Source: Ylistrum balloti (Eukaryota). Taken from it: 64,000 bases of DNA. The stretch lies in contig NW_026781915.1 in NCBI RefSeq assembly GCF_031769215.1, forward strand, positions 3,410,001 through 3,474,000, read 5' to 3'. The position numbers were made by a program, and so were the translations under genes. Every line of letters starts with the position of its first letter. Positions within the stretch are counted from its first letter, which is position 1. Below are positions 1 to 13,400 of the stretch, one piece after another. The notes beneath the pieces were generated by a model. The model made no database searches. It worked only from the letters and a program-made list of their open reading frames with translations, and was not told the DNA's origin.

Positions 1-86
1 AGTTCAACCCATTTAATTTTTGTCTTTACGAATTACACATGCGTGTGTTATTCTCTATTCTTTACAATTTTAGGATTTCGACAAAC

Positions 87-3000
87 CTTTACAAGGAACC
101 TGATGATACTTGTGCCAGCTTCACTCAAATGGAAGTCGTATATCTGATAATCTGTGGATATTACGCCGTAAGACCAAGTATAGTCTTTCTTAGCATAGAA
201 ATGTAATTGAGCTGCGGGAATCAACATTTCCACTTGATGTAAATAATCTCTGGTCTCGATATGTAGGATCAGTCCATTCTTTTTATCTTGTCCTGCAACA
301 ATATATTAAACACAACGTCACACTTAAAATACCGTATACATGTTATAGCTAGAAATATGTTTCAACGACATTATTTTAAGTGGAGAAAGATGGAAAACAG
401 GCAATAAAATAAATTAGAATGAAATTATGATTTCAGAAAGACAGATTTTTTAGTATTTTTGTGAAAATAAAATCAAGTGTATGTTAATATTGACTATAAA
501 TAAGAATACACGATGTAAAACAAAACCTGAACAGTGACCGCAGTTGGACTGTAGAGATATGTCCTTCTTTCAAGTCAGTGATGATAAGTGTGAATCAATC
601 GGTTATCAAGATAGATAGAAAATTGAAACTGATAAGAATGGGTATTGAACAAATATACAAAAAATACTAAAACAACATAATTCCTTGTCACTATCACCAA
701 GAAATAAAACAAAACGAAACCGAAGACTAAGATTGTAATACTAAATGACTCAAATTCAGTTTGTGGTATTCTGCTAAATCCTGATGCTAAAATACGCCCT
801 TTAGATATTTTGAATTACAGGGTTTAGATATGAGAAAACATCGTTCTGGAAATGTCAAAGTGTCTCTATAGAAAGGGCCGGTTTCCAAAACGGCCCCTTC
901 TCTGATTCAAATTTCCTGTTGGTGGTGCATTGCCCATGCCGTTGTGGTCACAAATCTATAAAGTATAAAGATTTAGGTCACTTGGTTTGTTTTTTATGGC
1001 TCCTCAAAGTTGTACCTTTCAGAAGCTGTCTAAGTGTTGATAAAATGTGCATGTTATGTAAAATATTAATGAAAATCTAATCAAATGATAGTCACCGTAA
1101 AGAATACATTCATGGCATGATTGTGACAAAAAATCATGTTTCCATCGCGCCATTTAGCTGTTTTATGGAAGAAACAATCTCAAAAATGCCATTTTCGATG
1201 ATAACATTTTAGACACAAAAACTGTGTTTTTTTAGAGAATACACCCTTTTATGGGCGTTGGATGGAAACCAATTTTTATCCTGTTAAATAGTACGTAATA
1301 TGCTATTGATGAGAGGAAAAATCATCAAAATGTAAGTGGTGGAACATTTTCAAATGTTGGGTTGAATTAGCCTATGGTTGAATTGCCGATTTTCGACTTT
1401 CTTCAGATAATTAACAAAAAACGAGAGTATTTGCTCGGTATGTTGAGAATATGTACACAGATATGAAAAAAAGTGAGAGAAACACTTTTTCATAAAAAAA
1501 AATCCAAGATGGCTACTTCACAAGTCCCCGTGGTTGAAGACATTGGCTGACAAATAGACAGAACAACAAACAAAACGTGTTCCTTATGATTTTGGTTGGT
1601 TTTCGCATTTACGGGAGTGTTCATAGCTACGGGCGATTGTATAATACCTATATTTATAAGTTTGGTTAGTCACAAGGTAACGGGGATCTTTCGTATCGAG
1701 CCCCAAACATACTTTCGACATATGCACTCCGTTGCCGCATGGAAAACTATTTTGTCGGAATTTCTTTACCTGTGGTTGTAATGGTCGAGGGTTTTCCAGC
1801 GTCCTGTAATACCCAAGGTAGTACAAGATACTGGAGATGTGCGCACACATTCCCATCGTTCTCTCTCCAACTGGACACTGGCAGTAGTAGTCCTTTATTG
1901 GGGCCTCAACATCGGGTGAAACGGTGAACCGTATCCAAACGTTGTATTTCGTTTGGCTTTTGTGTCGAGAATGTATTTGACATCGGAGAAGGTCTTGGGA
2001 GTGCTGGTAAAGCCACACCTCATAGTCTCCGTCATCACTTAAATGTTCGGCGATGTAACCAGGAGCCAGAGATATCTGATACGTTCCACACGTAATGGTT
2101 CTCAAGTAATCAAGATCGAGACGGGGAAACAGTACGGAAGATGCATCCATCTTGACAAACTCGGACCTTGCCGGATCTATCTTGACTCTCTGAGCTAAAC
2201 CATTCGGTGTTGTCAAACGGTCCTTCATACGTTCAGCCATTAGCCTATCTTTGGCATCTCTCTCTGGAGATCTCTGGTAGATCGGTCCTCTAATACCATT
2301 CAGACAGGCTGTGACGGTTCGAAGCAAAGCCTCAATGACATTGATAAAGCTGTTAGACACCGATTGCGTTCGGAAGAACGTCCAGTGTTTCAGACGACCA
2401 TGATAGGATTCCACAATCCACCTCGATTTGGTGATAGTTCTATCAAGATTTGCTTGGACGTCAGAATGTTGACTTTGACCGGGTTTCAGGTATGACGGCA
2501 TGCTAGCATTGAGGCCAGAGGCTTCGAGAACCGTAGGACATCTCTAAAACCTCGGTCAACGACAACGTTGTCGTCTGGTTGTAGCCAAGTAACTAGTTTG
2601 TCCATGACATTTTTGTAATTGTAGCATCATTTTCGCTGCCAGTGAATGGTCCTACGGTGTCCAGAATGTAGCCATCTGGTAAGGCGATGCTCATGAATAT
2701 GACATAGTTTCTCTTTTTCTGTCCACAGTAGGACATTCTCTGGAGCTTGTGGTAGGAGCTTTTCTGGATATAAATATAGGTGCCATCTAATATGGCAGTG
2801 GCTTTATCTCAAAAAAATGCTTCTGAAAAGACAGTATTGTGCCCGAGCAATTGTTCTCTTGTCAAGTGATCCGGACTTAGAAATTGTGGGACTATCGATG
2901 TGTCTAATGCCTGTACTATGGAGTGGAAAGTTTTGGACACACTTGACTTGGAAAATTCCAAAAAGAGAAGAACACTGACTCCAGGAAATGTCGGTTTTCA

Positions 3001-5484
3001 GTTTTACCCAGAACAGTAATAGAGCATCGTGTGTAGTCTTGGTATATATACCAGATGAAAGATATGGGGAACAGTGCAAGTGGATTTCGAGGAACTGATC
3101 TTTGGACCAACCTGTCCAGGCCATGCATGCCGAGTCATCAAGAGAAGAAAAGCTTATTGTAAACGCAGACTGGTTCTGTGAAAGGACGTGCGACACCTCT
3201 AGGAGGTCATTAATGATTTCGGACGATTTTGATGATAACTGAGATTCCAAGGAACCTCTACCATCAAGGACAACCTCTGTAGACGGATCTAAGTCGTTAC
3301 CAATAAGGTGAATGGAGCAGACGCGGGATGAGGTGGGACACCACAGTTTGTGTGAATAGATCAGGTGATGTCTTGCACGTTTTGGTAAGACTGATGATTT
3401 TGTTCCATTTTTTGGAAAGGTAACAAGACAGAGACAGCATTTTTTGTGTGAAGATGATCCATTCAAAAGATCATAAAGGGTCAGCAACGGCAGGATATGG
3501 GACGGGGAGTCGTCTTCTTCCTCTATTTCCTGGTTGTGCTCGGGTTCAGGTTCAGGCTGATTTTTGTTCCGAAGATACTTCATGTAGCACTTCTGGCAAA
3601 TGAATACTTGTTCCTTTGCTGACATCAATCCTTGTTGCACCAGCGTATCTAGGAGCCATTTATATTGTGGACTATTTACATTGCGTGCACTTCTGTTCTT
3701 ATTGCCGCTACGTTTCTTGAAGTATACTTGACACTCTTCTCCAACACATTTACCTTCCATCTTGAAACAATAAAGATTGGTTGATGAAGCGTCGATAAAG
3801 TAACAAAATAGCAAACCACCGATGATTGCTGTAAACAGCTAATACTTAGTAGTTTGGTACAATTATGCGAAAATGTGTGATAAATAACGAACAACTAATT
3901 ACACAAAATAACAAGACAATATAATAAATCACATTCAATACCTCCAAGAAGCGCAGAATTGATTGATTACTTAGAACAAAATAAAGTATTTCATATGGAT
4001 AATCTATCTATTCGATGTGGCGTGGTCGGCAGGCACAAAGAAAGTGAGACAAGTCAGGGTCCCAACCCTGACAGAGCCACAACGCTTTAGAGATGGGACA
4101 ATAAAACAAGGAAATTGAGACAAGAATAGCTAGCGTCGAGTGAATGATTTCGTAAAAGTATAGACAAAGACAAGAAGATACGGATAAATGTACAAGGCCA
4201 CACGATCAGAAAATTCAGAAGAGGACAGCTTGAGATAGAACAGTACTCATGTATCAGGGTGTCCTCAGTGTAAATCTTTATATCGATACTATTTATTTAG
4301 TCGTTACACATCATAAAACTGTCATGAAAATATCCGCTCTGATATTCAATATCAAAGTTTGTATATAATAAGCTATATAATAGGGTTTCAGACAAGGTTG
4401 TTACTCATTTCCCCTTTTCTTTCAATTTACAACCACATTCAGGCGGCGATATGAGAACGTTCCACCACATGGAATTAGCTGATTTTTGGTACACATATGA
4501 AACAAGTAAAGCTCTATCCGATTTTCTGATGGAAATTTGCATCCAAAACTATATAATGGGAGAAAATTGCAAATTTATGTCATTTTTCTTCATAATTGTG
4601 TCTCTGCAAGTGCATTTTCATCCGAGAATATATTTTTTTTATGTTTTATGAATAAACACGATGTTTTGGAAATATTTATCAAAAGAAATTTATACTATGT
4701 TGCGAATTACAATTTCGAAATAACCTTCTTTTATTTACGAACTTATGTCTTTGATGCTGAAATTGACAACTTTATAAAAATACATTTTCACTGAAATTAT
4801 GAAACCTGGGTGTCGGAAAGGTGTAAAATTATTTTTCGGAAAAGAAAAAAACAGTAGTTGAGCTAGATAAGAAATTATACGGGGGCAGGCTCCTATGGAG
4901 AATTAACATTACTGGAAACAGGCCCTATCAGTGAAGAGCTCTCCTGACATAAAGCTCAAGGTTGACTGAATAAAGAAACAGGAGTTGTGTCATAGACTCA
5001 CCTATACCACCACAACTTAGTACAAACCGCGGCATTACTAAATAAGGCATTTCACGTAATTTCCTACAATGAAGTATAAGCCTAGAGATTTCAGTTTTTT
5101 CTAACAACCATCGTGAATATAGCATTCTATGCTTTTGTTGCGAAATGCTTTTCTTAGGCAAAACAGCAACCGAACACAACGTATAAGTTGCTAAAACCTA
5201 AAAAGTAGTATGTGAAAAGTTAACATATGATAAAGTAATGGACATATAAGTAGATCATATAATTGGGTCGACTACGAGAACCTGTGTTGTGCTGTGCCAA
5301 ATTCTCAACATAATGTCCATTGAAGTCTTGGGAACAATGGAACAATGCTGAATAAGTCCATAAAGGAATTAAACAGGAGCACACTGACGCGGGATAACTA
5401 TAATGATAACTTACGTTTGGACTCAACTGCCATCAAGAACATGTTTTTTTTATATTCAGCAAATGTGAGGCTTCTAGTTAACTG
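87..5484 (-). CDS. Probable further exons of the same lipid transfer gene (gene continues off the left edge)
   Basis: Candidate exons 5484-5414 (LTRSLTFAEYKKNMFLMAVESK, GTAAGT donor), 5063-5002 (GTGAGT donor, ends phase 1) and 292-87 (TTGCAG acceptor, starts phase 1, open 68 codons). The 5002-to-292 junction is phase-consistent across the transposon-containing intron. I could not fully resolve the links between 7498 and 5063. Confidence 0.45.
874..4926 (-). mobile_element. DNA transposon of the PIF/Harbinger-ISL2EU-Spy (PHIS) group, about 4.05 kb, intronic
   Basis: Terminal inverted repeat AGGGCCGGTTTCCA (874-887) versus TGGAAACAGGCCCT (4913-4926), 13/14 match. A symmetric inverted subterminal 10-mer GTGGTGGAAC (1336-1345) / GTTCCACCAC (4459-4468) lies 462 and 458 nt inside each end. 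The element encloses a DDE transposase. Confidence 0.75.
1584..3760 (-). pseudogene. Disrupted DDE_Tnp_4-type transposase with N-terminal Zn fingers/THAP-like motif, HTH and C-terminal SWIM finger
   Basis: Stitched frames give CCLC...RVCSIHL (THAP-like), WTGWSKDQF...LLLFWVKLKTDISWSQCSSLFGISKSSVS (HTH), ILDGTYIYIQK (D), VVVDRGFRDVL (D), RWIVESYHGRLKHW (E) and YCQCPVGERTMGMCAHISSILYYL (SWIM). Lesions: frameshift near 2955, in-frame TGA at 2809-2811, frameshifts near 2612 and 2532. Confidence 0.85.
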
Positions 5485-6569
5485 TAAGTAAGTTGTCGAT
5501 TTGAATGCTATATAAAGCTAGCATTATAAAAACATGTCCATTATATATATTATGAAAGTATCGTAGGAATATAGTCGGCATTTAATTATTATCTACAAAT
5601 CTAGTGAAAGGAAAAGTTTTATCAATTTACTGTGGTGATAATTATCAGTTATTCCTTCGAAACGCGGAGTATAGATAATTTTTGTCCTTTTCATGAATTT
5701 TAAATTGTCCTCATTAGCTGGGTAACTTTTGAATGTGAAAATAGGGCCAAGGACAATAAGAGGACATCATTTCAATAATTGTAACTATTAAAATACTGTA
5801 TTTGTAATGTGCGAGGGAAACAAACTTTAGTAGCTCTTTAATTGTTTATTGAGGTTGATTTGTTATCATTAGGAAGCCAATGGTACTTAGGACTATATAG
5901 CTTATTAAGACAAAAAAACATCTAGTAAAGTACAGGGTAAAGTTGCTGTTACAGACATGTCTATATAAGGAATTATATTATATTCTATTTCATTCAGGAT
6001 CTATTTAGTCAATAAGTAATTTTATAAATGATTCCCTTTACGCTTTATCACCATGGCGAGCTTGTTAGGCGTGTTAATTCAACAGAAAACAACAAACTCT
6101 ACATATGAATTGAAAAAAGCTGTTTTGATTAAACGACGTATACATAAAGATGTACATATACAACAAATTTTAATAAATGTACATTTACAACATTTCTTGT
6201 AAATATTGTTTTGTAAAAGAAATGACAAGTCTAAGATGAGTGTACGAAAAAACGTCAATAAATTGTAAATTATGTTATGAAAACAGTTGACAAGTCAAAG
6301 ATGGTGTATGAAAAACTCCATATAACAAATATCAAAAATGTTACCTTCAACTCTTAAATAAATATTGTTAAAACACAATAGACAAGACCAAAAGACGGAA
6401 CAAATTATCCACTAAGCAAGCATATACCTTGCAAAAGGTGAGCAGTATGGGAGGTGGTGGAAAAAGAAATTTAAATTCTAATGTATATACACATGTTTGA
6501 AAAAAAAAACATTAGAATATAGACGTTGAATTTCACATATATCGAAACAGCTAAATGTGTACTAGTTTA

Positions 6570-7380
6570 TTTATTTAGCCTGCGACAAGCAAAATTAAGC
6601 AACATAATTAAGAAATGGAGTTCTTTTAGTATGTTCTTACGAAGCTGAGCGAAGGAATCCAGACTGTCTCTTATTTTTACTACCTTATTTATTGGTAGCC
6701 GTGCTACCATAGCCACACTATCTATCTCAATGCCTAGAAAGGTCAAGCATGATGAGGGTATTTCTGTTTTGCTTTGTTTGATAGGAATAGAAGTATCCGA
6801 ACAAATTGACAGAAAATTTGTTGGATCTATGAGACATTACTGCGTATTAGGGGGCACTATGAAAAAGGTAATCGTCCAAAACGTTGAACTACTTCTGTCA
6901 CTTCAAACTTATGGTTTGAAATCCAATGAATGACAGAGCTAAAGGCCCTAAACAAACATCATTGGCAAGACAATATGAATAATACTGATCCTCTGTTTCA
7001 AAACCTAAAACTGCATAATCATCTGGATAAATTGGGATCAAACGAAATGCAGATTCAATGTCTTTGTTAGTTATGAACCTCTACCATACTTCTTAATATG
7101 TTTTATTGGATCATCAATACACTGATAGACTATGAAGAATTCCATCGTCAAAAGAAAAACCTCCAAAGACAGATTATGTACTGTCCTGAATACATCTGCG
7201 TTATTTCAAGAATATCTACAAATTATGGGGATGAAGTCGGATTGACCTCAACATATTTAAACATAGTGTTTTGTATTGAACACCATTGTTACCTAGAGGC
7301 AGCAATTTGATTCATTTTATCCGCCGCAGCTTAACTCTAACCAAACTTCCATGACAAAGCAGGATGTTATTCAACTGCTC
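6570..7380 (-). mobile_element. Decayed DIRS/Ngaro-type (tyrosine recombinase retrotransposon) reverse transcriptase remnant
   Basis: Minus-strand frames with stops and shifts read FRTVHNLS, IDDPIKHIKKYGRG, KDIESAFRLIPIYPDDYAVLGF...YYSYCL(P)M, FSSVIHWI, LDDYLF, KTEIPSSCLTFLGIEIDSVAMVARLPINKVVKIR, LKELHFLIMLLNFACR. This is the motif order characteristic of DIRS/Ngaro RT. Confidence 0.8.
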
Positions 7381-7497
7381 TTAAACTGGTTAAATTAAGG
7401 TTAAATTACTTATCCCGAAAGACTTTTACGGTAGAGAAATGATTAAGATATGCCAAAACCCTGCTCATACAAAATATGCATACAAACATGTTCCTAC

Positions 7498-10400
7498 CTT
7501 GCCTTGTCAGGTTGATCCAAAGGTGATCTTCAAATTTCAAAATCCTGAATGTGGAGTTTTGAAAATTTTCCCTGTTGAAACATCAGACGAGATACTGTTT
7601 ATAACATATTATTTGGCAACCAAGATCCTACTGGTATTCATCTCTGTTTGCAACAAAATAGCAACGACTCGTAACAACATTAATTTCGGAAATTTTGCTA
7701 CACTGGGTTACACAATAATATATGATATTATGATACATAAAAAGACAAGGAATGATAAGGAATTAGCATACGTTTCAACTTTACGTGTATCCAGGCTAAA
7801 ATGAAACGGTCCAGATAAGGGGAAGTAAGGGTGACTGGTAGACGATGTCGTGTTGGGGAACACACCGGTGAAGCACACTTGGTTACCCGTGACAGCAGAG
7901 AGAAGTCCTCTATCACAATCATGTATCGTGGTCTGGATTTCCTGATCTGGCTCTACCTCCTCCATCTCTCCAGAAGGTGTCATCAAGTACAAGTTCCCAC
8001 TTTCCAAGATGAAATGGCAATAAATGACAAATCAGTAGGTCATATGTTCTGTCACGACAATCTTCAGATATCTGCTTCAAATATGTTATTCAAACCGGAG
8101 GACAGAGAAGCTGTGTTTAACCCACTTTAAATCCATATCTTAATTGTCATATCTATAAAAAAAAATGTGAAACTAGTCTGTCCTATATATCTAAACTGTG
8201 GTTTTAATGCCAACAGACGTACCTTAATCTTACTCTAATTAAACTATAAAACACAATATAAGGGTACGCTATTATTTGTACACGATCACATGTAGCTATA
8301 CCTCCTAGCCTAGCATGAGGCGTGTTCTCTCTCACATATACCTTAGTCTGGCTATATTGTATTTGGAATCTGTGTTGGTTTGAGTCACGGAAATATCCAG
8401 TGGCCTGCCTGGATAAGGCTGAGTATTTACACGTAAAGACGGTTCAAGCGACATCTGTAATAATCCATATGAACTTGCTCTAGCACCAGAAAGACTGTGT
8501 TGACCAAACCTCGTCATCAGTTCTCCATTTAAATGTACAGCAGCACTATTAAGAGAATTAGTGCTACATACTTATCTATTATCTGTACAAAGGGAAGCAA
8601 TAATAGATCATAATTTAACAAGATTCAGATAAAAAAAAACTAACATTTATTACAGCTATGTAAAAATAACCCTCTGGAACGAAGTTGACCTTAAATTCTA
8701 GATAGGCCAAAATTGAATTTCAAATGAATCATGTTTCGTCTCAATGATGTCCATTTAATTTTTCATGCTATTTGAGTTTTTGAATAGATTGATTCGTCTG
8801 TTATTAGTTGCTTAACGTACGTGATTAATGCAAGAAGTTAATTAAGACAACCATTTTATCAGGAGTCTCCGCGTAAATCTTATTTTACCAAGTTTTAATG
8901 TTTTTGAGTTTGGACTATGATCATATTCACAAATTGGTATTTTCTTGTTGTTTATTCAACAAACAAAACTGTCTCTAGAGATTCAGATAGACATCAACTG
9001 GTACGACAGTATGTTGTGTGTATAATATTAGATTAAACAGAACTTGGGGCAAACGATTTTATCAGCTTAACCCCGTGGAGATATTTGTTTAAATCAGGAG
9101 ATATTAGTCACTTAGAATTTATGACAATACACACTGTGATTTAATGGATGTATCCAACTGGGCATCGGTGTTCAATTTAAGAATATCGGGCATGGTCAAT
9201 TTGGCATTGAATCCCAATCCAATAGTCATTGCTACGGAAACCGTCATATTAAGTGGAAATCCTCCAACAGTTGGTAACACTTTGACAATGTCTACCAGAG
9301 ACGTAGAACTGAAACATACACATCACCGTCACATGTACATGACATTATACACAATTATAGGGTTATGTAGACAGATATTTACCAGTACATAAATCTAAAA
9401 TAGTGTGTATTCTATTAGGTATCAATGAAGATGTTGTGATATCATTTAACTTTGTAGTAAATCATTTCTCACATTATAATAATTTAAATTGGTAAATTTC
9501 ACATATATCGTAATATTGTTGTACATATATACTTGTATTTTTGTTATATACACGTTTTTATGTTACATACCTGGTCCGATACATTGGAAGTTGTTCCAGT
9601 ATTGCATAAAAATATCGTTTCGAAGTGTTAATAAACGACTGTCCGGATCTTTTATTCAAAAGTTTCTTTTGCAAATCTCGAATATCCAGAAAACATACTT
9701 CTTTACCTTAAAAATGAACAATTAGCTTGGTTGATTAAAACAATTCACCAATAATACCTCAACATCTCTATTTGTGTACAGACATAACTACTATCTACAT
9801 TACATTAGATAGTAATTTCAGAACTGAATATTCACACTCTGCTGATTATATATTTTCGTCATAAGAGCAAGCTTTAAGTGATGCCCTATAGTTAAACTTA
9901 AATGTTTACTTACCTAATACCTTTACATGAATTAAACCATCGGGGATGCTCTTTTGAGGCAAATTAATTTCATCAAACATTTCCAAAATGGCTGCTACAA
10001 TGTCTTTCTGCAATGTCGCAAACACCGTTTCCCGGCGTGAATTCCTTGGTTGTATCGGTACGCCAAGTGGTAAGATTCTCGTGACTTCATTTACAAGGAC
10101 GTGGAAATCTAAAAGAAACAACAGGAAAGTACCGACAAACTCGAAACAATATCAATATCACGTGGCGAAACATGATACAAATCAAAGGTACATGGAGGCT
10201 GGAAAAAACTAGGGAGCTTAGATTACGTATTCATTGTTGCACTCGTTTTATACCAATCATTACGCATCATCAAGAATAAATCAATTCTCCTGGCGCGCAT
10301 CGTGGCTGTAAGGAACGACAACCCTGGCAGAGAAGTTCGCTGAGGAACACCTGGTGTTATTTTCCTTGTATTTTTCAGGAGTCTCCGTGTAAATCATTCT

Positions 10401-13400
10401 CTTGTTCATATTCTAAAACTTTGGATTCTGATTATGCTTACATGTTGGTATTTTTCATTATGCATTCCTGTTCTATTTTTTAATTAAAGTTTTTCATGCG
10501 ATGTATCTAATAACTTTACTTTAAAGTATTTGAAGAGTTGTGCTTAACTTATTATCTTGCGGAGTATTTGTGATAGAATACGCATATAGAACACGCATTA
10601 GCAATAGCAGCACATGACATCAGTAGAAGGTAGGAAAAATTGTCATAAATATTATATGCCTTGTTTCTTGATAAGTAACCTTTATATTTCATCTCGCCGG
10701 GTGGAAAGTTGGATACTGCACATTCGCAGATATAATGGTTCACTTGATGAAATATATAGCACAATAATTTGGAATTTTCACGAAATACATTCAAACATAG
10801 TTCACCACCATGATAGCGCTATTCACTGTAAACAAAGCCTAAATATGACAGTGGTCCTTTAGTTTTTAGATAAATCCGGTAGTGGATCTAAAAGTTGAAA
10901 AATCAAATTGTTTTATAGACAACTTGTTTTCTTTTATAGCAACAATCTCAGGATTGGCGTAAACCTCTCTCGAACCGTTCACAATGCCCATTGATTGGAT
11001 GTGTCACAATAAGACAATAATTCTAATTTAGATTTGGTTGAACTTTGAATGGTAATAAGAAGCTTGGATTATGGTTTGCTGAACAACTAGACGAGTTAAC
11101 TATAAAAGTTAATAATTCATATATTAAAGAGGGTGGTCCGTATAATAAACAAGCAATCTGAATGACCATACCACTGATTTCGTCTTCAGAAAGCTCTGCA
11201 AATAGTTTTGTCAAGAATTACGTATTTTCCTTTTTATGCATGAAATACAAATTGGTTCTTAGACAAAGTTTTCAAGTGCCTTAACTGCAGATACTGTCAA
11301 AGATTGGTAAATGTGGTTTTGACATAAGGATCACGCATTACAATAATGTATTTTTTTTATTTCAGATTTTATCTGTAGATCATCCAAAGAATGATAAAGC
11401 GGTGATGAATATAATATATAGACAAACTCACCGTCAATATCAGCAGCAACCTCCAGGAGATTGATCTTGTGACCAGCAAAATAGCTGACCCGGAGAACAA
11501 TCGCATTGACAATAGGGCTGGCAATGTTGTAAACAGTGTCTAGTTCAATCTGGAAGCCGTGATAATCCGTGCTGAGAGGAAATCTGTAAAAACCATTCCT
11601 CAAAGATTAACCGAAACCGTCGTGGGCCAGCAAGCATGACACACACCCATTGTAATTAATGAATCAATAAAGATAGGTAAATTCAGTATCACTTGTACAG
11701 TTTATGAATATAGACTTTGCTGTTCTTCGTTAACGTACAGAGCCAATATTCAAACATCGCAGAGACATGTTTAATCACAAAAAGGATGTAAATGTTTTGC
11801 GACCGGTTTCTACAATAGCAAACTTTGTGTAATAATTTTGAGTATAAAAAAAATCAACTGGACATACCTGATGTAGCGGGACATCTCAATGTATTTAGAC
11901 TTTCCAATTTGGCGACTACCATATGGAAATGCTCTGGAGTCCGAATCAATTAAGTCCTGCCAGATGTTGCGTAAGCTAAAATGTATCAGAAAGAAAATAT
12001 CTTAAGCCGTCACAAAAAAAAAAATAGCAAAAGGGTACAAAATAACAAAAATAGCAACAGGGTTACAAAGAAACAAAAATAGCATCGTCAGAAAAACAGG
12101 GACACAAAGTACAGCGCAGAGTCCCAAAGTAACAATATACACACAATACAAAGCAATGACTGGAGAGGATGAAAAGTCAAAATTAAAGTCACCAACAGGA
12201 CGTCCACAACAGCGAAAACCAGGAAATTACAACACATCGAACAATGCCTAACCAAAACAAAAGATAGGAATACTGGCGAAAAAGCATTGAAAAGAAACTA
12301 GAACCTAAAACTAAATAAAAAATATATGTGTTCCAGAGAAAGATTTATTTTACGCAGTATATGGCACCAGTATGGCTATCAGTAATTTTACACTCTTAGA
12401 ATTATGTAAACACAGACACCTCTTTTATTAAAGATTGGCAATTGTTTATAGTTAATATTTGTTTAAGCAAAAAGAAAGGAGAAAAATTAAGTGAAATTAA
12501 AACCTTTACTTTCGCTTTGAAACGTTTGTAATGAGGTAACCAGTGTCTAGATGATATTTGTAATGTTAGCAATATTTCTGTCATGATCTGGGAGAACAAT
12601 GCTGCTTGACATCTTATAACTCTCATTTAAATCAATGTTTAATTGGCTCAAAGTCTGCTGATATCACAAAACAGTGTTACGAACTGTTGTAGGTCTGGTT
12701 GGTCGTTCTGTAGTAGACTCTTGATATAGGTAATCATATAATTCTCCATGTAGATCATCTTCTCGGTGTACACGAGATCGTGGAGTTTCGTGGCAAGATC
12801 TCGGTCTGGCTGTAACACTAGCCGTTCGAATATCGCTGTCCGTAAGGAGGGCGGTCGATTCAGGTCGACAAGAATACCAAAGAGGACATCTTTCATCTCG
12901 GGGGAAAACGTCATTTTATGAAGTGCCTAGATTAAAGTAAGGAACGACAACTGGATTTTTATTTAAGGCAATTGTGCAGAAACTGATCATCAGTCTTTAA
13001 ACATGAAAAACATTAATTTGTTCAGAAGGGTAATGAAAAGATTATCATAGCTTCCAGACTTTGATACACTTGTACATATTATACATTAAATACATGAAAG
13101 AAATAACACTTTACCAGTACAGCTGCCTTTGAGACTTTGTGAGGTAGATCTGTATTATAAGCACACTGTAACAAAGCCTGGACCAGTCTCCTATCCCCGG
13201 GTCCGCCTTCCATTCCGGTATACTTACTGTCATAGACATATTGGACTGGCTCCCCTATGTTACCAAGAACCTGTCGACAAGACATCCAATGACTTCAGTG
13301 TTTCTGATCAGGAACAGTATCTAAGCTTTTAGTGTGACAAACTGTCACGTCAAATTTGTGTTCTGGTAAGAAAATTACCTTGTGCCCAAACTATTAAGTT

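Noticed and set aside
2804-2955. C-terminal part of the 336-aa ORF (QVKCVQNFPLH...)
   Set aside because: It is out-of-frame read-through after a frameshift; the transposase continues in another frame.
4054-4073. GTCAGGG-TCCCAA-CCCTGAC hairpin and a possible second transposon ORF
   Set aside because: An isolated 7-bp stem; no Myb/SANT or YqaJ-like ORF was recognisable between 3900 and 4900.
11170-11195. Minus-strand CTGAAGACGAAA hammerhead-like motif and a possible micro-exon
   Set aside because: There is no stem II between the boxes, and the exons at 11432 and 10108 already join in phase without it.
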